Below are positions 11,556 to 23,849 of a stretch of DNA of 64,000 nucleotides, piece by piece (position 1 is the stretch's first letter; each line of letters opens with the position of its first letter). The notes below the pieces were generated by a model, which had not been told where the DNA came from, made no database searches, and was given only the letters and a program-made list of their open reading frames with translations. The translations under genes were made by a program, and so were the position numbers. The stretch lies in NCBI RefSeq assembly GCF_009914755.1, contig NC_060931.1; one strand, given 5' to 3'. This stretch comes from the human T2T-CHM13v2.0 reference genome, Homo sapiens.

Positions 11556-14500
11556 TAGCTAACACTTCATGTGTGTGGATCAATTCTTACTGATGGTACC
11601 TCCTGCTATGCTTGGTAAAACATCAAGCTTTGCTGCCTAGAATACAAAATAAAGAAAAATGAGTAGCTATTTGTATAATGCACTATTGTGCACTTGCTGC
11701 AAGAAGTTTGCCTGCAAAAACAAATAATGTTCTGTCTTCTTTATATGGTAACAAAAACTCCACCAAGAAAAAGATCCAAAACTTTGCCTCTTCCATGATT
11801 TTTTTTAAAGGAATTGGTAAGCTGACACATCCATTTCCATATAGAAATGAGGTGGCTTCCCACAGCAACATGTTTATTTTGCAACTAGATAAAGTGATGA
11901 AAATTAAGTGAAGCACTTCTCTCTTTCATCCTTCTGAGAGGGTAGCCTTCCCTTAGTTGTCTTGGGTGCCCATGTAATTGAAGAAAGAAAGAATGCAAAA
12001 ATATTATATTTTTCCAATTCTGGCACTAAAAAAATAAGATTATGCAGGAAAAAAAAAAGACTTTCAAGTCAGGTTATTTCCTTGAGAGATTTCCCAAATA
12101 CTCTGTCTCCTCTTTAACATACCATAGTCCCAGCCTGGAGGATCTAGCTTACAGAATTTTCCTGTGGGCTAGAGAAGAAACCTTTACTCCCTATGACAGC
12201 AAAGCTTCAAGACCTGCTGCTACATGGCAGAAGATACGACATCACAAAATAGACAACCCACCCGTTTTTTCCCCAAAGGATGGTGGGAAGAAGGAAGCAG
12301 AATGGAAAAGAACTAGGAAAGCCAAGTACAGAGATGATGTGTGTTCCAAGCACCACCCACCTTACCCCACCCCTGTCCCGCCCAGCTTAGAGGACTGAAG
12401 AGAATGCAGAATTAGGCATGGGTAGGGCTGCTTTTGTCCTAGTTCCCTTGGGACTGGTCGGGGACAGGCTCATAGGCTGTTCTGCACCACCCAGAGAGAA
12501 GCTGTGTCACTTGGCAGTACAGTAGGTCAGGAGAAGATTGTGGTGGCCCCACGTGGCTCTGTGGTATTTATATAGGATCCTGCAGCTGCTGAGTCTCTGG
12601 TGCGGAGCAGCCCAGTGGGGGTTGTTATAGTGGCAGTGGGGTGCCCTGTAGAGAGCATTACAGAGTGGGTCACCAGGCCCAGGATTAGAAGTGTCTGTAG
12701 CCCCCGAGGAACCGGGACAGGACTGAATCAGTCAAGAAGAGACGAGATGATGATGACGGAGTGGCCACAAAGTCCTCCCACCCCTACCCTATCCCAGATG
12801 AGCCCATGCTGTAACCACATGAAGAGCAAAGAAACAACTATTTATTCTCAGGGACTGTGTTAATGATTCCCAACCATCAGCATCGAAGAAGAGGTCCGGA
12901 AGAATGTGAAGAATGCTAAGTCTTGTGTGGAGAATAGAGGGGAGCATGAAGACAATCCACAGCCTGCAGGCAGGGACTTCATGGACACTCTACATTGTGC
13001 AGCAGCCACAGAATTCAGCCACAGGTGCCAGCTGGGTGAGTACCAACCAGGTGGATTAGGTCCACCACCCAGAAGATGCATAAAAAAACCACACCTGTCC
13101 CCCCAGATCCACAGAAGCCATCTTAGGGAAGAATCAGTGGGGATACTCAAGACAAAAAATGTGGAAGGCTCTTTTTCTGTCTTTTTTCCAAGAGCTGATT
13201 ATTATCTGAAGGGATTGCTTACTAATTGGAACTAAGATTTCACCCAGACAGTGCTAAATGTCAGAGATTCTTCCCCCCGCTACTGGAGATCAGAGAGAAG
13301 TTCGCAACATTTATAGATAAAAATCATATCTCAATTGTAGTATAAGTTAAATTTGTAACTATTATATTTGTTTTTGAAAGCCATAAAAGTCTGCCTATTT
13401 ACAACCAAATAATGCCATAGTTGACAATTTTAAAAAATAGAAAGTTTATCTTTTACCTAGCATATGCAGTAGCTATATTCAAACATGAAAATGAACACAA
13501 TTAAGTCATCTAAATATTAATCTAATAAGAACATGGTGTGACCAGAGAGAAATTATTTGCTTTTATAAGAAAATTTTAGTGGGGGATAAAGCATATTGAA
13601 ATAACTTTCCTTTTCTTAGAGAAACTGTTTTAACAAAATGAAAAAATGACCATTGCAACTGATATGACAACATACTTTGCAACAATTGAGTGACTCATTT
13701 TTATGGATTTTTTTTCCACTAGACATTTCATGTAGAAAAAAACAAAAACAAGAACCAAGGATACTGGAGCTTTTTTAAAAATTTCATTTCTATCGATGAT
13801 TGTCTTCTATATAAATTATTTTTACTTAATTACAACTCAATGAATATATTTTAACAAGAAAGCCTTGGGAATTTCTGAGAACTTGACTAGCATTTTCTAC
13901 AAATGGCAAAGAGAGCAGTGAAGATTATGTGATTTTAGATTTTTCTCACTTTTACACATCAAAATAAGAACTAGAAATTGATGTTGACATGAATATAGTT
14001 ATTTCCAAGGGAAATGTCCTTATTTCTTGAATATCTTGGAACAAAAGCTAAAGGAGTATATATTATTTTTATATGGCAATAACTTTAATGTGTTATGAAT
14101 TCAGGGTTGTAATAAACTCTAGTTGTGTTTTCACTCTATAATTATAATTAGTTAAAAAGTATCTTCTCTCATCATTATGTCCATGATGCTTACATGGACA
14201 TAGTTTGAGAAAAAAATGATGCAATTTGCCATACAATTAGGACCACAGTTCAAAATTCAAACTCAGCACAACTTTCCAAAGATCTGGTACTTAACTTCCG
14301 TTCCTATAGCAGCAACTCAACACACAAAGCCCACTGCCCTGATCTAAATGTAACCAAAACCTAATGCAAGCATTCATTTACCTCTCATTTTAAACCATGT
14401 CTTGTAGATTTTGATAGACTATGTGTGTTAAGAAGCAACTGGAAAAGCTAGGGCACTGTATAATCACTGCTGTTGATATAAAACAAATGTAGTAACTATG

Positions 14501-15869
14501 TCTAAATTGTAAGAGCACATTTTGAACATAGAATCATTTCAAGCAGGCATTTTCTCATGAGCTATTTGATCTTGAAGGCTCAGCATGTCAACATTCAATA
14601 CATTAGCTCAGTGTCATTCCTTCCCTCCAGTGTTCTTCCAGCTGGCAGTCCTGTACGTCCATTTGTCAATGGCAGCTCCTTTTCCTTCCTCATTGGCAGT
14701 CAGTCTTGCTCGAAAATGTTGGGGCCTGCACCCGACATCTCAGCCTTCCTCCCTCCTTACTGTCCTTGTTTTTGTCCAGTTATTACACCTTCTCACATTC
14801 CAATGGGCACCAGATTCATTTTCATAAAAGGAAGTAGGTAGTGTGGAAAATCCTTACATGTACAGCATTTTGTTAAACTGTGCATTGGTTAGAGTTGAGC
14901 AATTAGATTGTCTAGATTCAAAGGTAGTTTTTACTACCAGATGTCTGCTTCTCCCAAGAAGAAAGTCTGTCTCACAGTTTCATCCCCAGGTCCCAAGGGG
15001 TCCACGGGGGTGTGTGAGCTTGCTTCTTGGGAAAAAAGACATCTGGAGTTCTCCCACACTGCCCATGCTGTGCAGGATGTCTGGGAGGCTCTCCTCTGCT
15101 GACTTGATGCTTCCATTTCTCATTGTGTCTAGGTCAGTCTGGCTGTTCACTTTGGTATCTCAGCCACCCACCCCTTCTTACTTCCAACAAGTGCATCCAA
15201 CAGTATTGGATGCATATAATTTTTTTCACAATTTTACCAAGAAATCAACAAAGTACTGCAGCATGTTTACTAATACTGTAAAGACAAGTTCCTCATACAA
15301 CCCTTTTCCAATCTCCATACTGCCCTGGCTCCTGCCAGTCTCAGATACCCTACTCTTAGACCTTTGTGTTTTCCACAAGGACTCTGCCTCTTCGGCCCAG
15401 TCACCTGGGTCACCTGAGCTCATGGCCCTCCATCTATAACCAAAGACCTATCTGAGTGCCACCCCCTTGGGAGGAACTCCTAGCAAACTCACACAAATTT
15501 TATGGATATAAAACTTAATAGATATAAAAATATCTGACTAATGGATATACATGAATTTATTTCTGGGTATGTTTTTGGCTAACAAAAGAATTTTGGATTA
15601 ACAGCAGCTCCTATCAGGGGTACTTAGAAAAAAACAACAAATTAGTCATAGACAAAAGGAGGCAGAGAAAGTTGGAAGGAAAGGAATAGAGATATGTGTA
15701 ATGGAATACTGAAAAGATAAAAGAAGATAATGGAAAGTAACCTAAGGCCTAAGAACCAAAGCATGCGAGGATATATGAGTAAAGAGAAGTACTGAAGAGC
15801 TGGGATGCTGGGAAGTAGGTGATGGGTGTTAACCTCAGAGTAAAAAATTCAGAAAAAGATTTGCAGTAA

Positions 15870-16250
15870 ATATGGCTAGTTATCTATAGGATTCAATTTT
15901 CCTCTTCTTCTGTAATAAAATACTTATTTGTTTAGGGCAGAAATGTCATCAGTTCAGAATATTTAACTTCCTAGACCCCCCTTTGGCTAAGGGGCAGATG
16001 TGACACCAGTGAGATGCAGGTGAATGGGGTTCTAGAGGCTTTCCTTCCACAGCAGGGGACAAAGCCTCAGAAAGAAAAGAATGTTGCTATTTCCCTCTGC
16101 TTTCTCCTAATTCCTGCCTTGTGAGTGGTCCTGATGCTGACAGATGCAGTAGGTATCTTGCAGCCACGAGGAAGAAAACAGCATGACTAAGGACAGGAGG
16201 AGCTGAAAGGGGGATGACACGTGATTTCTGATGAAAGCCTTGAGCCATGA
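15870..16250 (+). mobile_element. Old MLT1 (I/J-like) MaLR LTR fragment
   Basis: GATGTGACACCAGTGAGATGCAGG, GATGCAGTAGGTATCTTGCAGCCACGAGG resemble MLT1J-group core. Confidence 0.5.
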
Positions 16251-18989
16251 CATTTTTTAAATGAAACTAGATACCTCTTACTGAAATGGAGAGATTTCCA
16301 GTTAAATTTCCAGCAAAAGAATGAAAAATGGAAATTAACTATAAATCACTTATTTATGTAAAATAATACGAACATAATTTCTATTTGGGGTTCTGTTTTT
16401 GTTATTGTATTTTAGTAAACCTTAAAATATAAGAGATTTAAAGCTTACTTATAACCTGAGTCTGCCAAGTGTTTTCTATTTCTTTGTGTATGGTTTTAAG
16501 TTCTTCAGCCTCAAATAGTACTTCACTGGGTGTTTTCAGGAACCTACATCTGTTTGGGGAGGAATTGCTATGTTATAATCCTCTAGGACTTTGAGTCCAA
16601 GGATATACACACCCCAGCAATCATAGTCTTATAGCCACTAATTCAATTCTTCTTATAGCTTTTGGGGTTTGGGTATTACCCCTTAGAAGCCAAGTTATTA
16701 GCTGAATAAGGAAGTAACACCTCCAACAATGCTGTTCACTCAGCATGTTTCTTAAAAAACTCCTTGTTATCCGAGCAAATCCTAAGGATATACACCCAAG
16801 ATGAGTTATGGAGAATTAATTACTGACTCCTGAGAATCTAAAAATGGGGCAGCAGCCCAGGTGTTCTCATCCTGGAGTCATGCTGTTTCATAAATGCAAC
16901 TTACCTTAGGTAAACTTAGTGTTTATTTTTGATAGTGCAACAAGTATAGAGCTCAGACCCGTTTCCGGTGACTTCCTTTAGGAAATCTCAGTATATATTT
17001 GTTCATTAATGTGCAATAAGAATAAGCTTTCTAAAATTTGGACAAGTAGAAAAAAGTGGTATTTCTGTTCTTTGAATAAAAAGCAAATGCATTTAAAACA
17101 CGCATAATACACAAGTAGGTAAATTTATCAAAAGGAAAAAGTGATCAATCCTATTTAAACTACCTGTTTTACAATTGCAATAGTTTCTTATTCAGAAATG
17201 TATTAGGTCAACTTAAGTACTATTTATTACATCAGAACTACCAACACCTTTAGTACCCTGTTTGGAAGACCGAACATGGATCAGATGTTAGTCCCACCTT
17301 AGATATAGCAAATCATTTATTTCCATTTTAATAGTTGAAATTTAGAAAGCAAACGGACCCAGAGGGGATATGCCCACAAGCAGGAGATGAACGTGTTCCA
17401 AATGGCAGTATATTTCCAAGGAGACTTACAGGCTTTTTATTCCAAGGATTGGCTCAATACTTCATTACTCAGAAAGTGTGTTTGATCAGGCGAGACCTTC
17501 AAATTTGAGCTCCTCTGTGGTCAGGGGAATGCTAATGACTGTCTGACAGCTTGTCACAGACATTGGATTTTTTTTCTTAGCATCTCTGGCCAGATTTCCT
17601 GTTTTCTGGCAGCTGTGCTGGTGCAGATTGCCAAGAGGCACCATACCCACAATCTTGAGAGGATTCTGTTTCCAGCAAGCCTTCTTTTACTGTCATCTAT
17701 GTATTACATCTCTATTTCAAGTCTCTCTAGAATTTATAGTCATACTGGGCATTTAGTTTCAATTTGCATTTGTTTGTTACGTGGCTTTACATGACTTTTT
17801 GTCTACTTCATGAATCTGTCCGATCTTCCCAGTAGATCTAAGTACCTGGAGGATCTGACTCTCTTTGACATAGAGAGACTCCCCAGAGACCATGCCTTTG
17901 ATTTCATTTATAGCCCTTTAGGACAGTGTTTCCCCCTCAAACTCTCTTGCAGACTGGTAAATGTCCTAAATTACCATTTAGGAGTGGGGAATAGAAGGAA
18001 TGGAGTAGGAAGTGAAATCCAAGACAAGTCACAGTACCTGTTCATAAAAGGGAGGGGTTGCTAGGCAGGAAATCTTTGCCACTCTGGTCTTTTCTCTTAG
18101 AGAACACTACCCAGGACTGCTCATCGATCATTGTCAACTATTTACTTTTACGTTAGGGTAAAAATGACCTTATATGCAAGTAGTAGTGATTCTTAGAGTA
18201 ATATATGATGCCTAAACAATATCTGCAGGTGGTAATAAATTAGAGGTGTGACAGGGCAGTGCTTCACAAATGTTCCAGCTCAAGGTACAATCTCAAGCTT
18301 GTTCCAGCAAGTACATGCCCATGTATAGGGGTTAGGGGCTTTGTCTTCTACCTTCACCATTCCTAAGGTATTTAAATCCAAGTCTCTAATAACTTATTCT
18401 GGTTTTTAAAGAGGGTAGTTGTTCACATGATAATAATTTCAATAGGGCTGAGATGTTTTGGAGCATGGTAGATGGGCATCACTCCTACTGAGGCTTGCAG
18501 GCAAAGAGGAAGACAGATATTGACATTTCTCAGCACTGGTACATGTGCTGCAAGTCACCTATTGGTCAGTTGTAAGAGCAGGTGCAGGACAGTGTATATA
18601 CAAGTCAACACTGGGAGAGGCACATGTAAGAGCTGAGGGCTTATAGCAAGGCTTGGGCAAAGCAAGGGGTATGGTTGAGCCAGAAAGTCTATGAGAATGA
18701 AAAGGCCAGGGGTAGAACCTCAGGCCTCAGATCTTGGTTAAATCCTAAAAACTACTCATTGTGCTTCTGTTGCAGACAATGCATAGGAGTGAATGAGACA
18801 GAAAGCAAGACCATGAGGATGACTAAGAAGAGCAAGTACAACATGGCTGAGACTAAGTGTCCAGGGAGTTGAGAATAAGTGGCCTATTGTCATGTCCTAT
18901 ATAAGTAGAGTATATGGATGGGAGGCCAAGAATACACCAACAAATAAAATATTGAATATATCGGTCAAGGGCATATCGAGATGATCAGG

Positions 18990-19132
18990 ATGCTGCCTAT
19001 TGGAATGTTTATCCTCCCACCCTACCCCAGAAGAGGAGCTTCTCGTCTTGTTCACCGCTGTTTCCCAGCTCCTGGAAGAGCCTGGCACATAAAAGGTGCA
19101 CAATGAACATTCATTAAAATCAATGATTAATT
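18990..19132 (+). mobile_element. L2 3' end
   Basis: GTCTTGTTCACCGCTGTTTCCCAGCTCCTGGAAGAGCCTGGCACATAAAAGGTGCACAATGAAC...AATGA. Confidence 0.75.
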
Positions 19133-19755
19133 GAACTGGCTAGTATTCCATCTCACTTTCATTACTGGAGAACTGAAGAGCCAGCTAGCCTACAAAAACT
19201 CATTCTGGATGTAGAAGCAATAAGAAAACATGCATTCAAATAAAAGCAGAGAATCCTTCTAATATTTCTTCATGTGTCTATCTTTTCCCATCCCCAACAC
19301 ATTTATTTTCCTTGACCTACAAAGGATCTGTTTTGTCCATGATGAGTCCCAAAAACAGCCCTCAAAGTGGTTCTCCCCACCTACCCCACTCCACTGATGC
19401 TGCATCACATGGTAGGGTGTTGCCTTGCTCCTCCATGCAGGGAGCTTTTCTCAGCACCACTAAGGTACCAGGGAAGTGGTAACTGGGAACAATTTTCCCC
19501 AATACAGATAAAGCCTAGATAAAAAGTAGGGTGATACATAGGCAAGGGGTAGATGGGGCCTTCCTAGAGGACACTATGTCTTCCTGAATTTAGTCCATTC
19601 ATAATCAACAAACCAGCCCTACTGATTTAATGCCTAGGCTCTGCTGCCTGACTATATTTAGCAAAGCTTTTGAATGGCAGAGTGATTTCCTATAGGAATA
19701 CTGAGTTTTTTCCAGGGACAGATGTAGCCTTGGTACATTGTCTGGTTATGTAGGA

Positions 19756-19780
19756 TTTTTTTTTTTTTTTTTTTTTTTTT
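19756..19780. repeat. Poly(T) homopolymer (25 nt)
   Basis: Direct observation. Confidence 0.95.
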
Positions 19781-20456
19781 ACTGCACTTGTGCTGTTCTC
19801 CTTTTTTCAACTTATAGCTGGAGACCGTTTTCTGCTACCTCAAAACCTTTTTGAAATTAACCAGTAATAAATAAGATCTTTCTCTATAGACAGCTTTTTT
19901 CAAAGGAATAAAAGAATTAGAAAATATGGAGGATCCATAGTATGCACGCCTTTGGTTCCTGAGGTCCCTTAGATGATATGGAATTCTTTAAAAATGTAGA
20001 TCGATTTTGATAACATCATAATCAAGATCCTAAGAAATCACTAGCATCCATCAGATTATAAAGTTTCTGAGCAATTCTCTCCCCAACCCCCATCCTGAGC
20101 CTAACATGGTGACTTGCTCACAGCCTCACTGGATAGATACTGGTTAGATAAATGAAAGCATTCATTAATCAATGTGATGTGAAGAATTTAGATAAATGAT
20201 TCCTATTTCTCTCAGTCTAACAAGGGGAAATAGTCCAATAAACATATCTGTAAGTTTAATAGAATTTGTAAGTTCCTTTGAATAGTTGGAAATCTATGAT
20301 TTCATTTTTAAGACACACAGAATCTATTATGATAGAGCACTGAATTTTATTCAGTTAGGTAATTTTGTGCCTCTTATTTTTAACCAGTTTGGTGTCTTTC
20401 TTGTGCTTTTCACTATAGTATTCATGGATCCTATTAACAGTAAAGAAAGTGGCAGA

Positions 20457-20563
20457 CGCCAGGCATGGTAGCTCATGCCTGTAATCCCAGCCCTTTGAGA
20501 GGCTGAAGCAGAATTATTTGAGGCCAGGAGTTCAAGACCAGCCTGGGCAACATAGTGAGACCC
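20457..20563 (+). mobile_element. FLAM (Alu left monomer)
   Basis: GCCAGGCATGGTAGCTCATGCCTGTAATCCCAGC...GAGGCCAGGAGTTCAAGACCAGCCTGGGCAACATAGTGAGACCC; no right arm. Confidence 0.85.
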
Positions 20564-21269
20564 TTTTTGTTGTTACTGTTGTTGTTGTTTTTTAAAGAGA
20601 AAGTAGAGATACTAGGTTACTCCGTGGTGAGGCTTGGGATGGTGGTGGGAATGGAGTGGAGGAGGGACTCCCTTCCCAATGACTAGATATGTCTTAATTT
20701 GTAAGACGGCTCTCTCCCATGTGACTTTCTCTCCTCTACCTATGTCAACTTTGTGTTGGGAGTGTTCAGGACAATATGTGAATGGAAAATTCATAAATGA
20801 ATGTACCAATAGAAATAAAGATACATGTGGGTGTTGCTTTTTCACTTTTTCAATGAAGATCTGATCCTTTGGTGTTTTACTTGGTCCCAATCCCACTTTT
20901 CCACAAGTTGTGGCTAAGGACTTGTCCTTGATTATAAGATTCTGGTTGTTGAAACTGTTATTTATGCATGAAGGACTACTCAGAATATCACTGTAATTAC
21001 ACATCTGCCCCTCTGAGTTCTTCAAAAATAGGAACATGACAGATATGTTTGGAAAAGGTTAAAAATATGCTTAATGCTAAAAGGAAAATGAGCTAAAATT
21101 TTCCTGGTATTGTATTATACTTCTATATTTTATGATGATCTTTATTGCAATAGTTATACCTTGACTTTACAAAATTCTTTCATGTTTTAACCCTTGGTGT
21201 CCATACTTTTGCCTTCGGGAATATCATGCAGGCTTGATGTAACCATTTTGCTTATAAGACAAGCAAATT

Positions 21270-21463
21270 GGACCAGCCACAGTGGCTCACACCTTTAATC
21301 CAAGCACTTTGGGAGGCCAAGGGGAACAGAACACTTGAGTCCAGGAGTTCGAGACTAGCCTGGGCAACATGGTAAAACCTTGTCTCTACTAAAAATACAA
21401 AAATTTGCCAGGCATGGTGGCACACGCCTATAATCCCAGCTACTCAGGAGGCTGAGGCATGAT
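21270..21463 (+). mobile_element. AluJ-like, 3'-truncated
   Basis: Left arm, linker and start of right arm, ending at GGAGGCTGAGGCATGA. Confidence 0.85.
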
Positions 21464-21541
21464 CTTTTGTCAATTTAGTTACAGGGCCCCAGCAACAGAA
21501 CCTTGAAGGGTAAAAGAAAAGAAACCGTGTTCTTCCCTGCA
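21464..21541 (+). mobile_element. 3' tip of MER34/MER39-group LTR
   Basis: TTTTGTCAATTTAGTTACAGGGCCCCAGCAACAGAACCTTGAAGGGTAAAAGAAAA...TTCTTCCCTGCA resembles MER4-group LTR ends. Confidence 0.55.
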
Positions 21542-21841
21542 ATACAATAGGAGAGTTCAAAGGATGTGACTCAGGGTAGGTCAGAGATCCACAAGGGTTT
21601 CATTTCTGTTGTCAAAATAAGTACAGTGAAAATACCTACGAAAAGTAATAATTTAGAGACTATTAGTAAATAGTTCTTTGGTATAAGGTAATTTGTCATA
21701 TTATTTGACTGGGGAAGGAACTTAGGTCATCCTCAGCTCTGGGATGCCTACACGGCAGGCAGATTGGTGCTTTTTGCAGCCTCACAGAAGACAGAAACAA
21801 GCAGAGGGCAAAAGATAGAACTCAGAAGGAGAAAGTCTAGT

Positions 21842-22313
21842 TGACAGAGCAGGAACATCGCCATCTTGGACAAGCACTGCCATTTTAATGTTCACCTTCA
21901 TCAAAAACCTCGTAAATCCAAGGGCATCAGCCTAATGACTAAGGTCAGAATGACCATAAGCCACAAATGACATCTCTTACCAGAAACATTCCAACCATAA
22001 GATAAACCCCTCCCCAACCAGAGACTTGCCAGCCCCAAGATAACCTCCCCTCCAGCCAGAGAGATGTCAGCCCCAAGATAACCTCCCCTCCAGCCAGAGA
22101 CATTCCAACCCTGCAATAAATTTCTCCCCCACCAGAAACATTCCAAGCCTGTGGTAAGTTCTCTCACCCTGAACCCTTAAATACTTATTCTGTAAGACAG
22201 AAGGCTCCTAACCAAAAATCAGCCAGAAGCCCCTCTCAGGTTTATTCTCCAAAATAAACCTGTCTTTGACGGTTGAGCTGCTTTTCATGTTTCTTTCCTC
22301 TTTGGCTCTTATG
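21842..22313 (+). mobile_element. MER61-family ERV1 solo LTR
   Basis: TGACAGAGCAGGAACATCGCCATCTTGGACAAGCA start, internal ~38-bp repeats, AATAAA, flanked by CTAG on both sides. Confidence 0.8.
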
Positions 22314-23099
22314 CTAGCGCTGTAGTGCTACTTCACTATTTTTTTTTCTAGAACAGCTGAAATTCTCTTTTTATGTAGAATGAGACTCAGGGAGATTTGA
22401 TCACTTTATAAATTTTTTTTCAAAGCAGGTCCCATTTCTTTCCATCCCTTTCAACAATCCTCAGTGCCTTATATAAATGACAGTTTTCTAATAAATGACA
22501 ATATTCTAGCTTAGTAGACAATAAACAAAATGGAGAGGGAGAGTTTTGCATAGTCTTAAATAATAGCTAAATAAAATATAATCATCAACTTAAAGATGAG
22601 AACTCTAATTACCACATATTGTGAACAATTTCCATATAATTAACTGTTGTTTAGGCTATAGAGTAACTAAGACAGCTCTCTGGTTTTCCTGTATGTAGAA
22701 AACATATTGGTTTGGCAGATGTTTTACTTACTATCAATTGCTTTTCAATAGATAGTTTCTCTTCCTTTGCAGTGAATTCAACACAATCCACTTAAAACAA
22801 CAAATGTTTATTGAGTAATCAGTACATACAAGGCAATATGTTAGGCCTGAGAAGAAAAACAAAAATAAGCCTCAATACTTTCTCTTGAGAAGGTAACAAA
22901 AAGGAATAAAATGTATGTGTAAATTATGATAATCTGTGGCAGAAAAAGTAAGTGAATAAACATTTCATCTGGGTGGAAAAGTTTGGTCTTACATTTGTGA
23001 TGATACTAGAAGGTAGGCAAGATTTAAAGGGCTGAGACTAAGGAGTTTCCAAGAAAAGGGAACACTGCCTATGAAAATATGAGGCAGATAATCTTGAAG

Positions 23100-23458
23100 T
23101 GTCTTAGTTTTTTCAAGTTTCTATAACAAAATATAAACCACGTGGCTTATAAACAATAGCAATTTATTTCTCACTGTTCTAGATGCTGGTCCAAGATCAA
23201 GGCACCAGCAGATACAGTGTCTGGTAAGAGCCCATTTCCTCGCTCCTAACTGACACCTTTCTTCCTGTATCCTTAGATGGTAAAAGGGGCTAGCTAGCTC
23301 TCTGGTGTATCTCTTATAAGCATACTAATACCTGTCATGAGGGTGGAGCCTTCATTATCTAATACCTTCTAAAGGCCTCACCTCCTAATACCATCACCTT
23401 GGACATTAGGATTTTACCATATAAATTTGGGGAGGACAGAAACATTCAGACTATAGCA
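23100..23458 (-). mobile_element. MLT1A/MLT1A0 MaLR solo LTR
   Basis: TGTCTTAGT...GGCTTATAAACAA...TTTATTTCTCAC...TCCAAGATCAAGGCACCAGCAGAT...AAACATTCAGACTATAGCA. Confidence 0.85.
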
Positions 23459-23524
23459 GAGTGTTTTCAGGGAAGAATGAGAGATGTGGCTGACAGAAAT
23501 TTAAGGGATCACAATAGAGTAGGA

Positions 23525-23818
23525 CTAGTTTATGCTAATACAGTAGCCATTAGCTACACGTGGCTACTCAGCACTTGAAATATGGCTAGTCTAAAGAGAA
23601 ATTTTCTGTAAATGTAAAATACATACCAGATTTTGGACACTTAATTTTAAAAAGTAAAATATCACATGTTTTTATATTGATTGTGCATTACAAGATATTT
23701 TCAATAATACAGATTACTAGAATTAACTTCATCTGTGCCTACTTTTTTTAATGTGCACACTAGAAAATTTTAAGTTACATATGTTGCTCATATTATTTTT
23801 CTATAGGATAACATTGGG
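23525..23818. mobile_element. MER33 (hAT-Charlie)
   Basis: GTAGCCATTAGCTACACGTGGCTACTCAGCACTTGAAATATGGCTAGT...TGTAAATGTAAAATACATACCAGATTT...CTAGAAAATTTTAAGTTACATATG. Confidence 0.8.
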
Positions 23819-23849
23819 CCAAATTATGCCAAAATTTGAGTATCAGACA

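Noticed and set aside
14843-15439. 198-aa ORF as a protein-coding gene
   Set aside because: GTG start, no recognisable domain, no supporting splice structure; a plausible chance ORF
19756-19780. Poly(T), and poly(A) near 31906-31925, as processed pseudogene tails
   Set aside because: No TSD, polyadenylation signal or mRNA-like body adjacent
22022-22031. p53 response element in MER61
   Set aside because: Only one imperfect half-site (AGACTTGCCA) with no adjacent second half-site
21980-22150. CRISPR-like repeat-spacer array
   Set aside because: Eukaryotic context; these are LTR-internal tandem repeats with no unique spacers and no cas genes
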